Shown piece after piece: positions 33,372 through 45,191 of a stretch of DNA of 64,000 bases. Position 1 is the first letter of the stretch; every line of letters begins with the position of its first letter. Origin of the DNA: Epithemia pelagica (lineage: Eukaryota > Protista > Bacillariophyta); contig OX337235.1 in the NCBI GenBank assembly GCA_946965045.2, positions 868,001-932,000 on the forward strand, given 5' to 3'. Both the position numbers and the translations under genes were made by a program. The notes below the pieces were generated by a model. It was not told the origin of the DNA, searched no databases, and was given only the letters and a program-made list of their open reading frames with translations.

Positions 33372-36300
33372 CTAAACTTGTGCTTGAAGTCTCTTCTTGA
33401 GCAAATTCACGAGACTGTTTGCTGCCAACGCATTTTCGGAACAAACAGCAATCTGACAATTGGCACCTCCCCGTTCTGGCATCACTTTGACATACACGAG
33501 GTCCGCCGATGCCGGCAAGACACCCACAAACCGCAACGCTCCATCGTTATTTGGTGCCATGGCATTTGCCGCAACACGAGTCAGAGCCGCCGACTTTTGA
33601 ATCGATCGCTCCAGGTCCTTCGCTGCGGCACTTCCATTGTTGGGCATGGCGAACTTTGTCTCGACCCGCTGAAAGCCCTGGAGACGTTTCATTTCCTGAT
33701 CGAATTCACTTTCGGATCGTGACTCTTTGCATGGTTGCAACAAATCTCCCAGGTTTGGTTTCAGCTCCACAGGAATGCTGCCACTGCCAAATCGAAAATC
33801 AAACTTGGCCACCAACGCGCCATCGCGGTCCGACAGACTCGCAAACTCCATTCCTAAAACGTATTCAGTACGTTGTCCAGGTTTGAGCTGGTCAATTTCG
33901 GGAGGAAAGAAGTGCTTCTTGGGACCTTGAAGGGACGACCCGACTCCAAGTGGACGTGGGAGCCATTTGATTCGACGAAAGATCTGCGAACTCGAGGCTT
34001 GGCTTTCCAAGACTATTTGAAGAACCACAAGAGTTGGTTTGGGCTTTAAACCCAGAAGTTCAAGTTCCTTGTCTTTGTTTGCGCCGCGTAGGTAGCGTGC
34101 CATGACGGATAATCCGCTCGCATGTTCCGATCGAACCAACTTGATCCAATCGCTCGAGTTCTCTTCCACGTCTGTACTCCCCGATAATAGACTAGAGTTA
34201 GTGACAACCGGTGCCAGCACAAGTCCCTGCATATCGTCCGCAGCCGATGGTGTGGCCGATGCTCCAAATCCGTTTTGTTGGTGAGTCTGGCTCGAGACAG
34301 CAGGACCCCCCAATGGTACAAGATTGGTGCTGGTTATTACAGCTGGGCTAACTGCAGGAGGCGACGCATAATCGTTGGTATCTTCGTCATCCGAGCTTTC
34401 GTCATCATCGTCGTCGTCATCACCTGTACTGTCTTCATCATTGACAACGACTTGTACCTTTGGTGGCGAAGCAGAACCTGCGGATATAGACTGCATTGTA
34501 TTCACTCCTTGAGGATTAGAAACGGACGACGAGACTACATTATCATCATCATCTGAGCTATCGTCGTCCGAGCTGCTATCATCGTCGTCCGAACTTTCAT
34601 CGTCGTCCGAACTTTCGTCATCATCGTCCGAGGAAGACGACGATGATTCGTAAAACCCACCCGTCTTGGTGTTGTTTGTGTTGTTCGTGGTGGGTCCTGA
34701 ACTTGTTCCAGAGGCAGCAGCGCCTTCCTTGGGTTTTCGTTCGGATGGAGCATTCCGCAAGGAACTAGGACTATCCTTATCGGCCCATGGCGGAAGGGGA
34801 ATGTAGGCACTTCGTGCTTGATGTCCCAGCAAACTGCTCAGTGTGCCGAATCGAAAGCCGGCATCACTTTCCAAGGCATGAGAATTGGAAAACTTTTCCA
34901 CGGGTAAGGAGGAACCGGCTGGTTTGGACCCCAGGAGGATTTGTTGTACATGGTCCAAGGTCAAATGGTTGTTGTTGTCTGGAAGATTCGGGACGTCGTC
35001 CATGGCATCCAAGTCATGTTGGAGTACTGACGCAGACCGCAACAATGCACTTTCCAATCTTGCCCGATCGCGAACATTTGTATTGACATCAACACGACCC
35101 ATGGCCAACAATTGTTCGCACAAGGCATCTTCTCCGGGCTGAGTTTGATCCGAGGCGAGTCGTTTTCGTGACACTAGGAACTTACTGGCCAAATGAATTC
35201 CTTGTTCCTTCTCCATGACGGACAAATTGGGAAAGACTCGAATCAACAAACGAATCACTTCCAATCGTATTCTAGGTCGATCCAACACTGTCGGCACTGG
35301 TTCTGAGTGCGATGCATTTGTACTGACCAAATATTCTCCCACCATCCACGTTGCGGCCGCTGCCGCATCTTGCGGTAAATCAAAGCTCACCACAGCATTC
35401 AATGCTGTCGTGGCCGATTCCTCGTCGTCGTCATCGTCGTCATCATCGTCCTCCTCCGGATCATGGTCCGGGTCGTTGGCGTCCTCTTGTTTGGAATGGG
35501 CAATGCGAGCTTCCCAGGTTTGCAAGAGCAACAACAAGATGCGGGTTCGACACCGTTCCTGTACATGATTGGGATCATGAACGGGTATTGTGTGACGGTC
35601 GTCTTGCAGCAATTGCAAAATCAATCGCATGACGAGAACCGCTTGGCCGGCCACGGCCCGATTGTTTCGTTGGGGTACTTGTGTCAGCGTAACCAATCCA
35701 TGCAAGGCATTCAAGGCAATGGTATTGGCCCGTGTTCGTTGTTCTGTTTGGTATTCGGCATCCTTCGCCTTTTCGGTATTATTACTGCGAGCCGCATGTC
35801 GATCGTAGACAATTCGGGCCAATTCCACCACCCGTCCAACGGCGCAGAGCGCCGCCTTGGCAAATCGGACATCGGCATGTCGGACATAGGTTCGCATTTC
35901 CTGCAAGACAGCATCAATGGCCGCAGGTTCCAGGGCCAAGGAGGTTAAGATATCCAATTTGATGAGACGAGTAAAGGGTGGATCCAAGGACGATTGGACA
36001 AAAAAATCCGACAAAAAGGGTGTAAAGGCCGAGGGACATTCGGACGCCAAGGTTCGAATACAAGCCAAGACCACGTATTGGATTTCTCGCAAATCGCGAT
36101 GGATGCGGACCAAGGCCTTGCCCATGGCCACGCGTACTTGAATGCTGGAAACACCACAATAATATTGCAAGGAACAAACGGCCAAGACGACACCGGCATT
36201 GCGACTTTTGAGCAAATGCATGGCCGCGTTGAGAAACAAGCGATGATCTTCGGCCAAATCCAAATCCTCCGGATCGTGATTCGGTAGTACGGACGATGCA

Positions 36301-37775
36301 GTATTATTATTGCTGTGCAGTGGTGAGGCAGAGGAGGAATCAATGGCTCCCGAAACAAAGGGACTTTGTTCATGGTTCGAGGTTGGAGAGGAGGAGGACA
36401 TGGTGGTGGTGCCGCCCATGACATGGCGTGCTTGTGGAGGTGGTTGCAAGGCTGGTAACGTCGTTGTGGTGGTCGAAGTTGTGGTCATGAGCGTCTCCTG
36501 GTCATCATCATCATCTTCTTCGTCATCGGAATAAAAGCCTTTGCGAACGACTGGGAGACTTGGTATGCCACGAGGGTTTGGCTGGTGAATATGGTTGTGG
36601 TTCTTATTATTGGTACTCGAATGGTGATTGCGGGGTGGCAAGGCGACACCAGCCAAGGCCGCTTGTTCGGCCGTGGACAGTGGTAAGGCGGTTGTGGTGG
36701 TCGACGAATCCTTGTAGGGGTTGGCCGAATGACTGGTGGTAGTAGTAGTATTCGTGTAGCTTTCTTCGAGTCGTCCATAGAGGGTTCGTCGCACGCGTCG
36801 TTCTCGATCAATCCGTTCGGCCGATCCATCTCTCCAGCCCGAGGGTTCGGCAAAGTATTTGCGACAATATCGGGCAAAGGTATCAATGACAACAACTTGT
36901 CCCCATTCATCCATATCGGTCAATAAATGACAAAATTTCCGAAAACACCCATGCAACAAATCCAATCGATCCGGACACAATTCTTGCCAAGCAATCAAGG
37001 CCGAGGTCAGTACCATGGTCGACTGATCGTGCAATAACAAATCGTGGCAAATATCCAACAACAAGGCTTGTTGTTCTTGACCAATATCGTCTGGATCGTC
37101 GTCGACGACCGCATGATCGGCCGAGTGACGACATCGGGGATGCAATTTGGCCAAGGCATTGGCGGCACATTTGCGGACATAGGGGGACTTGTCTTGGGCA
37201 CATTTTTGGACGCCGAGAATTTGAATTTGCAAAATATCGGGAATTTGAATCGACGTCAAGACGCGCAAGGCCAAGGCCCGAATCCATTGTTCGGGATCGG
37301 CCAATCCGCGTTGAAAGGAATTGATACTGAGCAAACTCAATTCGCGCGTGGTGGCATCGTGATTGGCGTATTGGACCAAATACATGTACACCATTTTGCG
37401 AACTTCCAAACTCACGGCACCCACCAATTTGACCACGTGCGGATAAAAATCACTCACGTTGCGACCCTTGCTAATCGAGGCCAACAACCATTTCATGCCC
37501 CGCAAGGTCGTCGGGGTCGACGATGGATTGGAAGGATCGGCTTCGGCCAAGGATTGTCGAATCGTATTGGGAGAAATGGATTCTTCCCAGTATTGAGCAT
37601 CGCCTGTCAAACTCAAGGCCGATGCCAATTGTGTATTCATCCAAAAGGTGGCTGGATCCATGCCACTGGCGGCGGCTGCTGCCGCACTGCCGTCACTGCT
37701 CATCATCATCATGCCACCGCTGCTTCCTCCACTACTACTCGTCCCTGTCATGGTTCCTTCCAAGGCATTCCACAT
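33372..37775 (-). CDS. AP3B: AP-3 adaptor complex subunit beta, 1467 aa
   Basis: Adaptin N-terminus (VSLEVRKMVYMYL, ELSLLSINSFQRGLADPEQWIRALALRVLTSI), trunk end DVNTNVRDRAR, Ser/Asp-rich hinge and C-terminal ear. Confidence 0.93.
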   Translation of the reverse strand: MWNALEGTMTGTSSSGGSSGGMMMMSSDGSAAAAAASGMDPATFWMNTQLASALSLTGDAQYWEESISPNTIRQSLAEADPSNPSSTPTTLRGMKWLLASISKGRNVSDFYPHVVKLVGAVSLEVRKMVYMYLVQYANHDATTRELSLLSINSFQRGLADPEQWIRALALRVLTSIQIPDILQIQILGVQKCAQDKSPYVRKCAANALAKLHPRCRHSADHAVVDDDPDDIGQEQQALLLDICHDLLLHDQSTMVLTSALIAWQELCPDRLDLLHGCFRKFCHLLTDMDEWGQVVVIDTFARYCRKYFAEPSGWRDGSAERIDRERRVRRTLYGRLEESYTNTTTTTSHSANPYKDSSTTTTALPLSTAEQAALAGVALPPRNHHSSTNNKNHNHIHQPNPRGIPSLPVVRKGFYSDDEEDDDDDQETLMTTTSTTTTTLPALQPPPQARHVMGGTTTMSSSSPTSNHEQSPFVSGAIDSSSASPLHSNNNTASSVLPNHDPEDLDLAEDHRLFLNAAMHLLKSRNAGVVLAVCSLQYYCGVSSIQVRVAMGKALVRIHRDLREIQYVVLACIRTLASECPSAFTPFLSDFFVQSSLDPPFTRLIKLDILTSLALEPAAIDAVLQEMRTYVRHADVRFAKAALCAVGRVVELARIVYDRHAARSNNTEKAKDAEYQTEQRTRANTIALNALHGLVTLTQVPQRNNRAVAGQAVLVMRLILQLLQDDRHTIPVHDPNHVQERCRTRILLLLLQTWEARIAHSKQEDANDPDHDPEEDDDDDDDDDEESATTALNAVVSFDLPQDAAAAATWMVGEYLVSTNASHSEPVPTVLDRPRIRLEVIRLLIRVFPNLSVMEKEQGIHLASKFLVSRKRLASDQTQPGEDALCEQLLAMGRVDVNTNVRDRARLESALLRSASVLQHDLDAMDDVPNLPDNNNHLTLDHVQQILLGSKPAGSSLPVEKFSNSHALESDAGFRFGTLSSLLGHQARSAYIPLPPWADKDSPSSLRNAPSERKPKEGAAASGTSSGPTTNNTNNTKTGGFYESSSSSSDDDDESSDDDESSDDDDSSSDDDSSDDDDNVVSSSVSNPQGVNTMQSISAGSASPPKVQVVVNDEDSTGDDDDDDDESSDDEDTNDYASPPAVSPAVITSTNLVPLGGPAVSSQTHQQNGFGASATPSAADDMQGLVLAPVVTNSSLLSGSTDVEENSSDWIKLVRSEHASGLSVMARYLRGANKDKELELLGLKPKPTLVVLQIVLESQASSSQIFRRIKWLPRPLGVGSSLQGPKKHFFPPEIDQLKPGQRTEYVLGMEFASLSDRDGALVAKFDFRFGSGSIPVELKPNLGDLLQPCKESRSESEFDQEMKRLQGFQRVETKFAMPNNGSAAAKDLERSIQKSAALTRVAANAMAPNNDGALRFVGVLPASADLVYVKVMPERGGANCQIAVCSENALAANSLVNLLKKRLQAQV

Positions 37776-38453
37776 GCTGGTACTTCCAACTCAAAAAATC
37801 AAAAGGAAGAGGAAGGAGGAGCCCAGAATTGTCACTGTTGCAATGCGATTGGAAACTTGGACCGATGAATAGGTAGATCCAGCAAAAGGATGAATGGTTT
37901 GCGATTGGTTGCAAGGAGAGGGGTCTGATGGAACGAACAGAGAACAGGTGTCCTAGATGACAACCAGAGCAAGGTTGCAGCCCACAATCGAATGGATAAA
38001 ATAGACCACCAGAAAGACCAAGTCTCCCCTATTGTGTAATGTTGTGGACGAAAAAGATGAAGACCCACACGAGACTCTCCCGGGCAGGGAGAATCAAACG
38101 TCGGCACTGTGAGTCAAACAGTAGCTCCCATTGCTACCCTTGCTATTGTCCGCCAATGATCCTCTCTCCACTCACCATGGTGAAAGAGTTTTCGTAGGAT
38201 GGCCAATCCACAAAGTCTCTCATGCCACAGCAAAACCGCATGGCTCTCTCTTTCCTACAGTTCATATGTTTCTTTCAGTTAATACTTAGAATAATATAGT
38301 TAAGAGGGTTGGCAACGAACCGCCGCCAGCGTTGGGTCCGGTGTACTCGTGTGGGTTCCGGAAACCACGGCCGCCCAAACCATCCACCAAGACGACACCC
38401 AACGATAGTACACAATAAAAGGGCAGGAAATGGTCAAAAAGATCCTTCCATTA

Positions 38454-39269
38454 TTACTGGTTGCCTTCGCAGACAAAGGAGTTCTGCGACAAAATAAGTG
38501 CCACAATCAAACCTAAATTCCACAACAACAACAATCACGTATGTGAGCCTCATTCTGGTCGGTTTCCATTTGACTCGATTCCGCCATCACTAGTCCATTT
38601 CACCCAATCACGACTTACCGTACAAACCCAAAGCTTCGGCGAAAATGAGAATCAAAATCATACCGACAAAGAGCTTTTCTTGTTGTCCCACCGCTCGGAC
38701 ACCGGCATCACCGACAATTCCAATGGCCATACCGGCGGCCAATCCGGACAATCCACAGCACAATCCGGCGGCCAAATGGGCAAAGCCCGTGTACAAGGAG
38801 TACTGCGACAAGCCATTTTGCGGCGAGACAATCGATCCTTGAATAATCACCGCCACAATCAAACCGTAAATACCCAACACACCCGCCATGACCACCGGAA
38901 TAATATTACGCATCACCAAACCGGGGTTCATCACACCCATGGACGAAATACCGACACCGGACTTGGCCGTGCCGTACGCAGCACCAATGTTGGCAAACAC
39001 CAAGGCGGAGGTCACTCCCATGAAACCAAAGCTGATAGTAGGAAAAGAGTACAGTTCATGAGAACAAAACAAACAAGAAGAATAAAACAGGGTCAGAAGA
39101 CTAGCCAAAGGGGAGATGGATGGTGGGTGGGAGGCTACAAAGGACAAACACGAGCCACGGAGCGACCGCAGCAATGCCGTTCCAGACATTTTGGGGTGTA
39201 GAGCAATTGGCTCTTGGCGTTCACTCACAATGGGGCAGAGGCGGGGCATGTTTCCATTTCAACACTCAT
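38454..39269 (-). CDS. VHA-c: V-type ATPase proteolipid subunit c, 170 aa; 3 exons
   Basis: Model complement(join(38454..38512,38619..39031,39229..39269)), 513 nt. [44 protein letters not shown] with the conserved Glu. Confidence 0.96.
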
Positions 39270-39907
39270 GATGACGATATTGTTGTTGTTTCAAAGTTGG
39301 ACTTTGGGAAGAGAGAGAGACAGAGGGAGATGGGACAAGAAGAGTCTTTGTACAAACACGGCTTGTTGTTTTGAGTTGTTGTTGCCACACCACGAACGAG
39401 AGGAGTGTGGCCAAAAGGTGTACTACCCGACGCAGTTTGTCGTGGGGAGGATGGTTCGTGTATGTGCTCGCGCGTAGAACGAAGCAAAGACTGCGATGAG
39501 CACGCGCGTCCGTTGAAGTATTCCGGGGATACGCCGGCCAAGTGACTGACAGGCTGGCATTGGGCGATACCGCTCTACTTATGGAAATGCGCCATGGTCT
39601 TGGCGTCGTGGTTCCAATAAATATTTATGGCGCGTCGGCCGGCATTCGGTATACAAGCAACGGACCGACCTTCTCTCTCCGATTGATACAATCGACCATG
39701 TATAGATATATTATGTACCCATATAGATCCAATAGGTAGGAACACATTCGAGCCATCTCCATCCGTGGATCACAACCTGGATTTTTAGAGGGAACAACGG
39801 ACGAGCGATGTTTGTGTTGCAAGTTGCAGGTATCATAATGTGGTCACTGTTGGATACAAACATTCCCCCTGTATTCTCAGCAGTCTCTCTCTCTCAGTCT
39901 CGTTCAG

Positions 39908-40183
39908 ATGGCCACCATGATATCGATTCAACTCTTATTTTTTGCTTCGGCGCGAGAAGCAGTCCATGGCCTGACGGAAACCACCTTGCAAATACCGGAG
40001 GCCTGCGATACGCACGGCTTGCGGACCCTCTTGGCCGAAACCTATCCTTCCTTGGCCTCCTTGGTGTTGAATCCCCACTATTTGACCCTGGCTGTCAATC
40101 AAGAATATGTCGTACCAGGACAAGTCGTGACCTTGCACGAAGGAGATGTTGTGGCACTCATTCCACCCATTTCCGGTGGATAA
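39908..40183 (+). CDS. MOCS2A: Molybdopterin synthase sulfur-carrier subunit (MoaD-like), 91 aa
   Basis: LLFFASARE, LAVNQEY, GDVVALIPPISGG with terminal Gly-Gly. Confidence 0.93.
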   Translation: MATMISIQLLFFASAREAVHGLTETTLQIPEACDTHGLRTLLAETYPSLASLVLNPHYLTLAVNQEYVVPGQVVTLHEGDVVALIPPISGG

Positions 40184-40803
40184 TACAGAATAGACTCTCG
40201 AGGATATGGCACACTGTCGTTGGTACCACACACACAAAAAGTCTCTCTCTCCACTGAAAACGAATGGTTTGTAATGATGAGTCTCGTAAAATCTCCTTTG
40301 TTTCCAATCCAGGACAATGGAACACGATTTCATTTCACGCGTGGGAGCCAAAGAGAGACGACGGGTGTGGTGGATCACACGTTGGGTACAATATATATAC
40401 GACTACGAATCTCTCGGTAGTGGAGACGAACTTTGGTGGTACTGGGCCCGTGTTTGTGGTGAAACGAGAAAAAACTCAACAAGTAGCAATACTCGAATGG
40501 AACACATGCATTCGTTACAGAGAGACAAACAGGAGGAAGAGGAAGAAGAAGAGAGTGCACCAGGGCGGTTGGGTGTTGTTCCAACCTAGTAGGTAGACAT
40601 GAGTCGTTGGAATCCACTCGTCCTGTCTTATTATACGGAATTGGTCATGTTGTTGGTTTGTTTCTCGTGTTTTCGGTTTCGCCAAACGCCCACGATTGTC
40701 CAATGCCTAGGTACGGTGTTGGTGGTGGACGGTTTGCTGTTCTGGTTCTACTACTTTCTACTACTATCATTATCATCATTACTACCTACTGTGTTATTCT
40801 TAT

Positions 40804-41475
40804 TTATTTCTTGACGCCTCCACACAATCGATAGCGTCCTTTGCGTCGTCGTCGATTCAAAATTTTGCGGCCCGCCTTGGTGCGATTCAAGACGAGGAAT
40901 CCCCATTTGCGTTTGCGGCGCATAATGGAGGGTTGATATTCTCGTTTAATGAGCCACGTGGTCCATTCCAAAACGCGTTGCAAGGCAGAAGTAGTAGTTG
41001 TGGAAGTAGTGGTGGTTGTCGTTGGAGACGAGACACTGGCCAGAGGAAGAGCAGTCGTAGTAATAGTAGAGGAGACTGCGGCACTGGAACTTGGGGGTGG
41101 TTCCATCATGGAGGCACCACCACCCAACCACGAGGGAATCCAAGAGGAGGGAACCCACAAGGAGGACTGGATACTACTACTGCTGTTGTTATTGCTTGGA
41201 GTTGCCCCGATTCCAGGAGCAGTAGCAGCAGCCGGAGTGGGAAACGGTTCCATGGCCGAGCCGGAAGGGGGAGTGATCCATGTAGTGGTGGTACATGGTT
41301 CGGTGGTGGCAAGGGTGGAGCACGAAGCGATCCTGGAAGAAGGACCTGTTGCGGACCGCATACCACCATTGCTGCTGTTCCTCCACACACCTCGTGGTCG
41401 CATCATGATCCGTGGGCCGAACGTTCGGCCCAGAAGGGTCGTTGTGCTGGTGGTGGTACGGAGCAATGTCGACAT
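40804..41475 (-). CDS. MRPL34: Organellar (probably mitochondrial) ribosomal protein bL34 with long presequence
   Basis: C-terminal KREYQPSIMRRKRKWGF..RTKAGRKILNRRRRKGR. ATG at 41475 opens an Arg/Thr-rich presequence. Confidence 0.88.
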   Translation of the reverse strand: MSTLLRTTTSTTTLLGRTFGPRIMMRPRGVWRNSSNGGMRSATGPSSRIASCSTLATTEPCTTTTWITPPSGSAMEPFPTPAAATAPGIGATPSNNNSSSSIQSSLWVPSSWIPSWLGGGASMMEPPPSSSAAVSSTITTTALPLASVSSPTTTTTTSTTTTSALQRVLEWTTWLIKREYQPSIMRRKRKWGFLVLNRTKAGRKILNRRRRKGRYRLCGGVKK

Positions 41476-42329
41476 GAGATTGGTGTGGGTTCTGGAGGGA
41501 GGAACGAGTTCGTAGTACCTAAAAAGAGAAGAGGGAATCTCAGACTCTGACCTCTCCACTCGAGAGAAAGAGAATACTTCGAATCCGACGACACGATGGC
41601 ACACCCTGTGGTCGCTCGCTGGCTGCCAGTGATGGTCCACAAAAAGATACCACATGTTCCGTGGCCTTGAGGCCGTTCCTTGATATTCTGCAAAAACAAA
41701 AGTTGGAGGGTGACACGTCACAAAAAACCCGGAAATATGGCGTCAAATCCGGGTTCGACGCTGTTTCAGCTTTTGAGGCTGCAAAAGTTGGGTCCAACTT
41801 TTGCAGGCCGGCAAAAGCTGAACAGACATTAGGGATAGTGCTTTCTTTTTGCTAGTGTACATTGGGCCTACAGAAACAAAAATGACGGTTTAGGATTTTT
41901 GGAACGGCGCGCGTTCGACTCCAACGGTCCCCCTAACCTCAATGAAGAGGAAGACGGAACGTCCTCCTAATGTCTTACTTTGATAATTGTAGTATTCAAA
42001 TCATCAAAGTGAATATGGGGACTATTGGGGGCCTTGGGGGAAAAAGTGCGGTTATAGGTTTTGGTTTTGTAAATGCCAAAGGACGGCGTGTCGCGCAATT
42101 GTCTACAAAAAGGTGATGTCATGTGTCGATTTTTGTTTTTGCAGAATATCAAGGAACGGCCTGAAGGGCCCCCCTCCCAAGATCTTAGAAGTGGGGCTCT
42201 GGAAGGACTATACTCTGAATAGTGTGTGCATAATGCTCTCCTCTACCCCACTCACATTTTGCCGGTGACACCACACGCACCGCCGTTGTTGCTGTGCTGC
42301 CACTCTATCATCGGCATCCAGCAGCAACA

Positions 42330-42333
<4 letters not shown>

Positions 42334-42363
<30 letters not shown>
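42334..42363. repeat. (AG)n microsatellite
   Basis: About 15 AG units. Confidence 0.95.
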
Positions 42364-42364
<1 letters not shown>

Positions 42365-42481
42365 CACCAACGACTGCAGTTGCCGTATTCCAGGAGTTGC
42401 ATAGTATTCTTTTTGCTGCCCGAACACAAGAGTGACCACCACAACGAAACCCAACCAACCACAATCACAACCACCACCACC

Positions 42482-43444
42482 ATGAGCCACCACTACTATT
42501 CAATCTTTGGTTTTTTCCTGGCGGCGACATGTCTGTGGACAAGGGTCCACGCCTGGATGCCGCCTCCCCCACCACAGTCTCGGTGCGCTCCTCCTCCGAT
42601 TGCTTCGAGTGGGAGGCGTTGCACGAACTCTCCGTGGGCGGCGGTTCTTCCATTCTCTTCTTCCCACCACCCCCGTGACTGTAGCAGGGTCGTCGTGTCG
42701 GCCCGCAAACGACGGGTCAAACGCAAATCCGTGGAGCCGCCGAGTGAGGACCCACAAGAAGAAGAAGAAGAAGAAGAAGAAGAAGAAGAATCCAAAGAGG
42801 AACCTACCGCGACCAACGAGGTGGAGGATGACGAAGACGACGATGAGGAGGAAGAGGACGATGAGGAGGATGACGATGACGACGATGACGTGTTGGTCGG
42901 GCGTGGTGATGAAGCTGTCGTGTTGACCGTACCTGACATTCGATCCGTGGTCGGAGGAGGAGGAGTGGCTCCCTCCTCCTCCATGTCGTCATCCACCACC
43001 ACTCCTGCCAGTGTCCCCAGCACAGCCACCACCAATATCAACTCGAACGATTCCTTTCAACAACTCTTGGCCGATGCCGAATCCATGCAACAACAACAAC
43101 AAGATTCGTCGTCGAGCAGCAACAGTGGCCTGGATTCGGATTCCGAATCGTCGTCGTTGGCCGCCGTGGCCCAATCGGCCATTTCCACACTGGTGACAAT
43201 CGACTTTTTTGTCGTGTGCGGATTCTTGCTCTGGTTTGTCGTGGGCATTTTTGCCTCGGCCGTTTTGGATCAAGATGCCATTCAAATTGCCTTTAATGGC
43301 ATTTTCCAACCCGTCGTGCAACCCGCCTTGGGCATTCTCATGATTGGAGCCTTGGCCGGCGCTGTCCTCAAGGACGACGACGAGGAAGGCCAAGACAATG
43401 ACAACAACAACAAGGAGGAGGATTCGGGACGGGGCGTTTGGTAA
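42482..43444 (+). CDS. Putative plastid-targeted membrane protein with two C-terminal TM helices
   Basis: Signal peptide ending VHA-W, transit-like Ser/Arg region, (GAA)11 poly-Glu at 42758-42790, TMs IDFFVVCGFLLWFVVGIF and QPALGILMIGALAG. Confidence 0.75.
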   Translation: MSHHYYSIFGFFLAATCLWTRVHAWMPPPPPQSRCAPPPIASSGRRCTNSPWAAVLPFSSSHHPRDCSRVVVSARKRRVKRKSVEPPSEDPQEEEEEEEEEEESKEEPTATNEVEDDEDDDEEEEDDEEDDDDDDDVLVGRGDEAVVLTVPDIRSVVGGGGVAPSSSMSSSTTTPASVPSTATTNINSNDSFQQLLADAESMQQQQQDSSSSSNSGLDSDSESSSLAAVAQSAISTLVTIDFFVVCGFLLWFVVGIFASAVLDQDAIQIAFNGIFQPVVQPALGILMIGALAGAVLKDDDEEGQDNDNNNKEEDSGRGVW

Positions 43445-44224
43445 CGACACACCACAAGAACCTGGTCTCTCTCTCTCTCTCTTGGAGCAACGGACTGTGC
43501 ACACCATCCGACGGACGGTTGGTTCCTCCACACACACACACTTTTGCGTGCGTGCCGTGTAGAATATAGTACCGAGCAGCAACCACCACTGACACACACG
43601 CCAGAGCGAACATGGAGAAAGAACACATCATGAAGGAACGCCCCAAACTCTCTCTCTCTCTCTCAAAGAGAGTGAATCGACTCTTAGGATAAAACATGCT
43701 ACTGACTAGGAATGTATATTGAAGATGCCGCAATGTTGGTTTCTCTCTCTCGATCTCAAATCGACAAGAAGAGAGAGAATTGCCGAGAGCGATTCATACA
43801 CTAGACGCATGCTCTATAGTATCATTGGATGCAATGATAGCGACATGAAGAACGTCGTGATAGTAGATTTCAAGGTGTTATGGTCGTGATGATCGCGACT
43901 TTCTGTATGTAGACGCGTTTGGGTCGCTTTTCAAGCCGTTTGGTTGGTCGTCGTCGATCCCAGTGTCGTCGATGGAAGAAAGGACAGCAACACGCAACAG
44001 ACTGGAGAGGGAAGAAAGAATTGCACCAGATTGCATGGCAACCGAGCGAGAGAGAAAAAAAGAGGAGCACCAGATACGACGACAAGAGAGCTCCTATTCT
44101 CGGAATAGGACATGACCCCTCCGACGAACAACAACAAGCTTCTTCTTGTGGGACTCCTCGACGGTGTCGACGACGCGACCAGAACAACGAAAACGAAGAG
44201 GCAGTTTCTTGCCAACACGACGAC

Positions 44225-45157
44225 ATGACTGGCACAACAAGCATTTCGTCCCGAACCACCAAGATTCCCAAACTCGACAGCGACAACAACAACAACAACA
44301 ACCCGAATGGATCCAACCACAACGACCCTCACGAAGATAACAAGACTGTGAAACACAACAACAACGACGAGCCTCCTTCCCAAACAGCAAGTTCCCTATC
44401 GCTGGATCCATCTCCGACAACAAGTACAACAACAACAGCAGAACAACAGCAAGAACAACCGCAACGACCAACCGAATTGCATGTTTTGGAATTCTTTTCG
44501 GGCATTGGAGGAATGCGATGTGCCTTGGAACAAGCCTTGACTCAAATGTCCTTGTCCTCCCATCCATCTTCTTCGTCGTCGTCGCCGTCCCAATCGACAC
44601 TACTTTCCTTGGCTTCGTGTCATGCCTATGACATTTCCTTGCATGCCAATCAGGTGTATCGGCAAAATTTTGACAGTGTCACATGCCACACCAAGAAACA
44701 CCACTCCAAGAAAAAATCCTCCTCGTCCTCCTCGTCCAACTTGTTTACGGTATCGACCAAATTGGTGGAACAATTGTCCGTTTCCGACCTTGCCGCTTGC
44801 CATGGTACAATGTGGACCCTGTCTCCTCCCTGTCAACCCTTTACCAATACACGATTTGCCAAACAGGCCGATGTCGACGACAAACGCAACAAGGGCTTGT
44901 GGCACTTGTTTGGTCACGTGTTGCCCCACTTGCCACCACAACACAAACCGTATTGGATTGTGTTGGAAAATGTCCAAGGCTTTGCCACCAGTCGCATGCG
45001 GCACCTCGTCTTGGACCGTTTGGCACACTGCCAATGTTATAGTTGGACCGAAGTCTTGCTGTCCCCCCACAAACATTGTGGCATTCCCAATCATCGGACA
45101 CGTTACTATCTCGTGGTGGAAGCCTCGGATCGATTTTTTGATCGAGCCGCCGCCTCG

Positions 45158-45191
<34 letters not shown>

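Noticed and set aside
40190-40800. Short ORFs between MOCS2A and MRPL34
   Set aside because: Simple-repeat-rich region between convergent 3' ends, with no coherent gene model.
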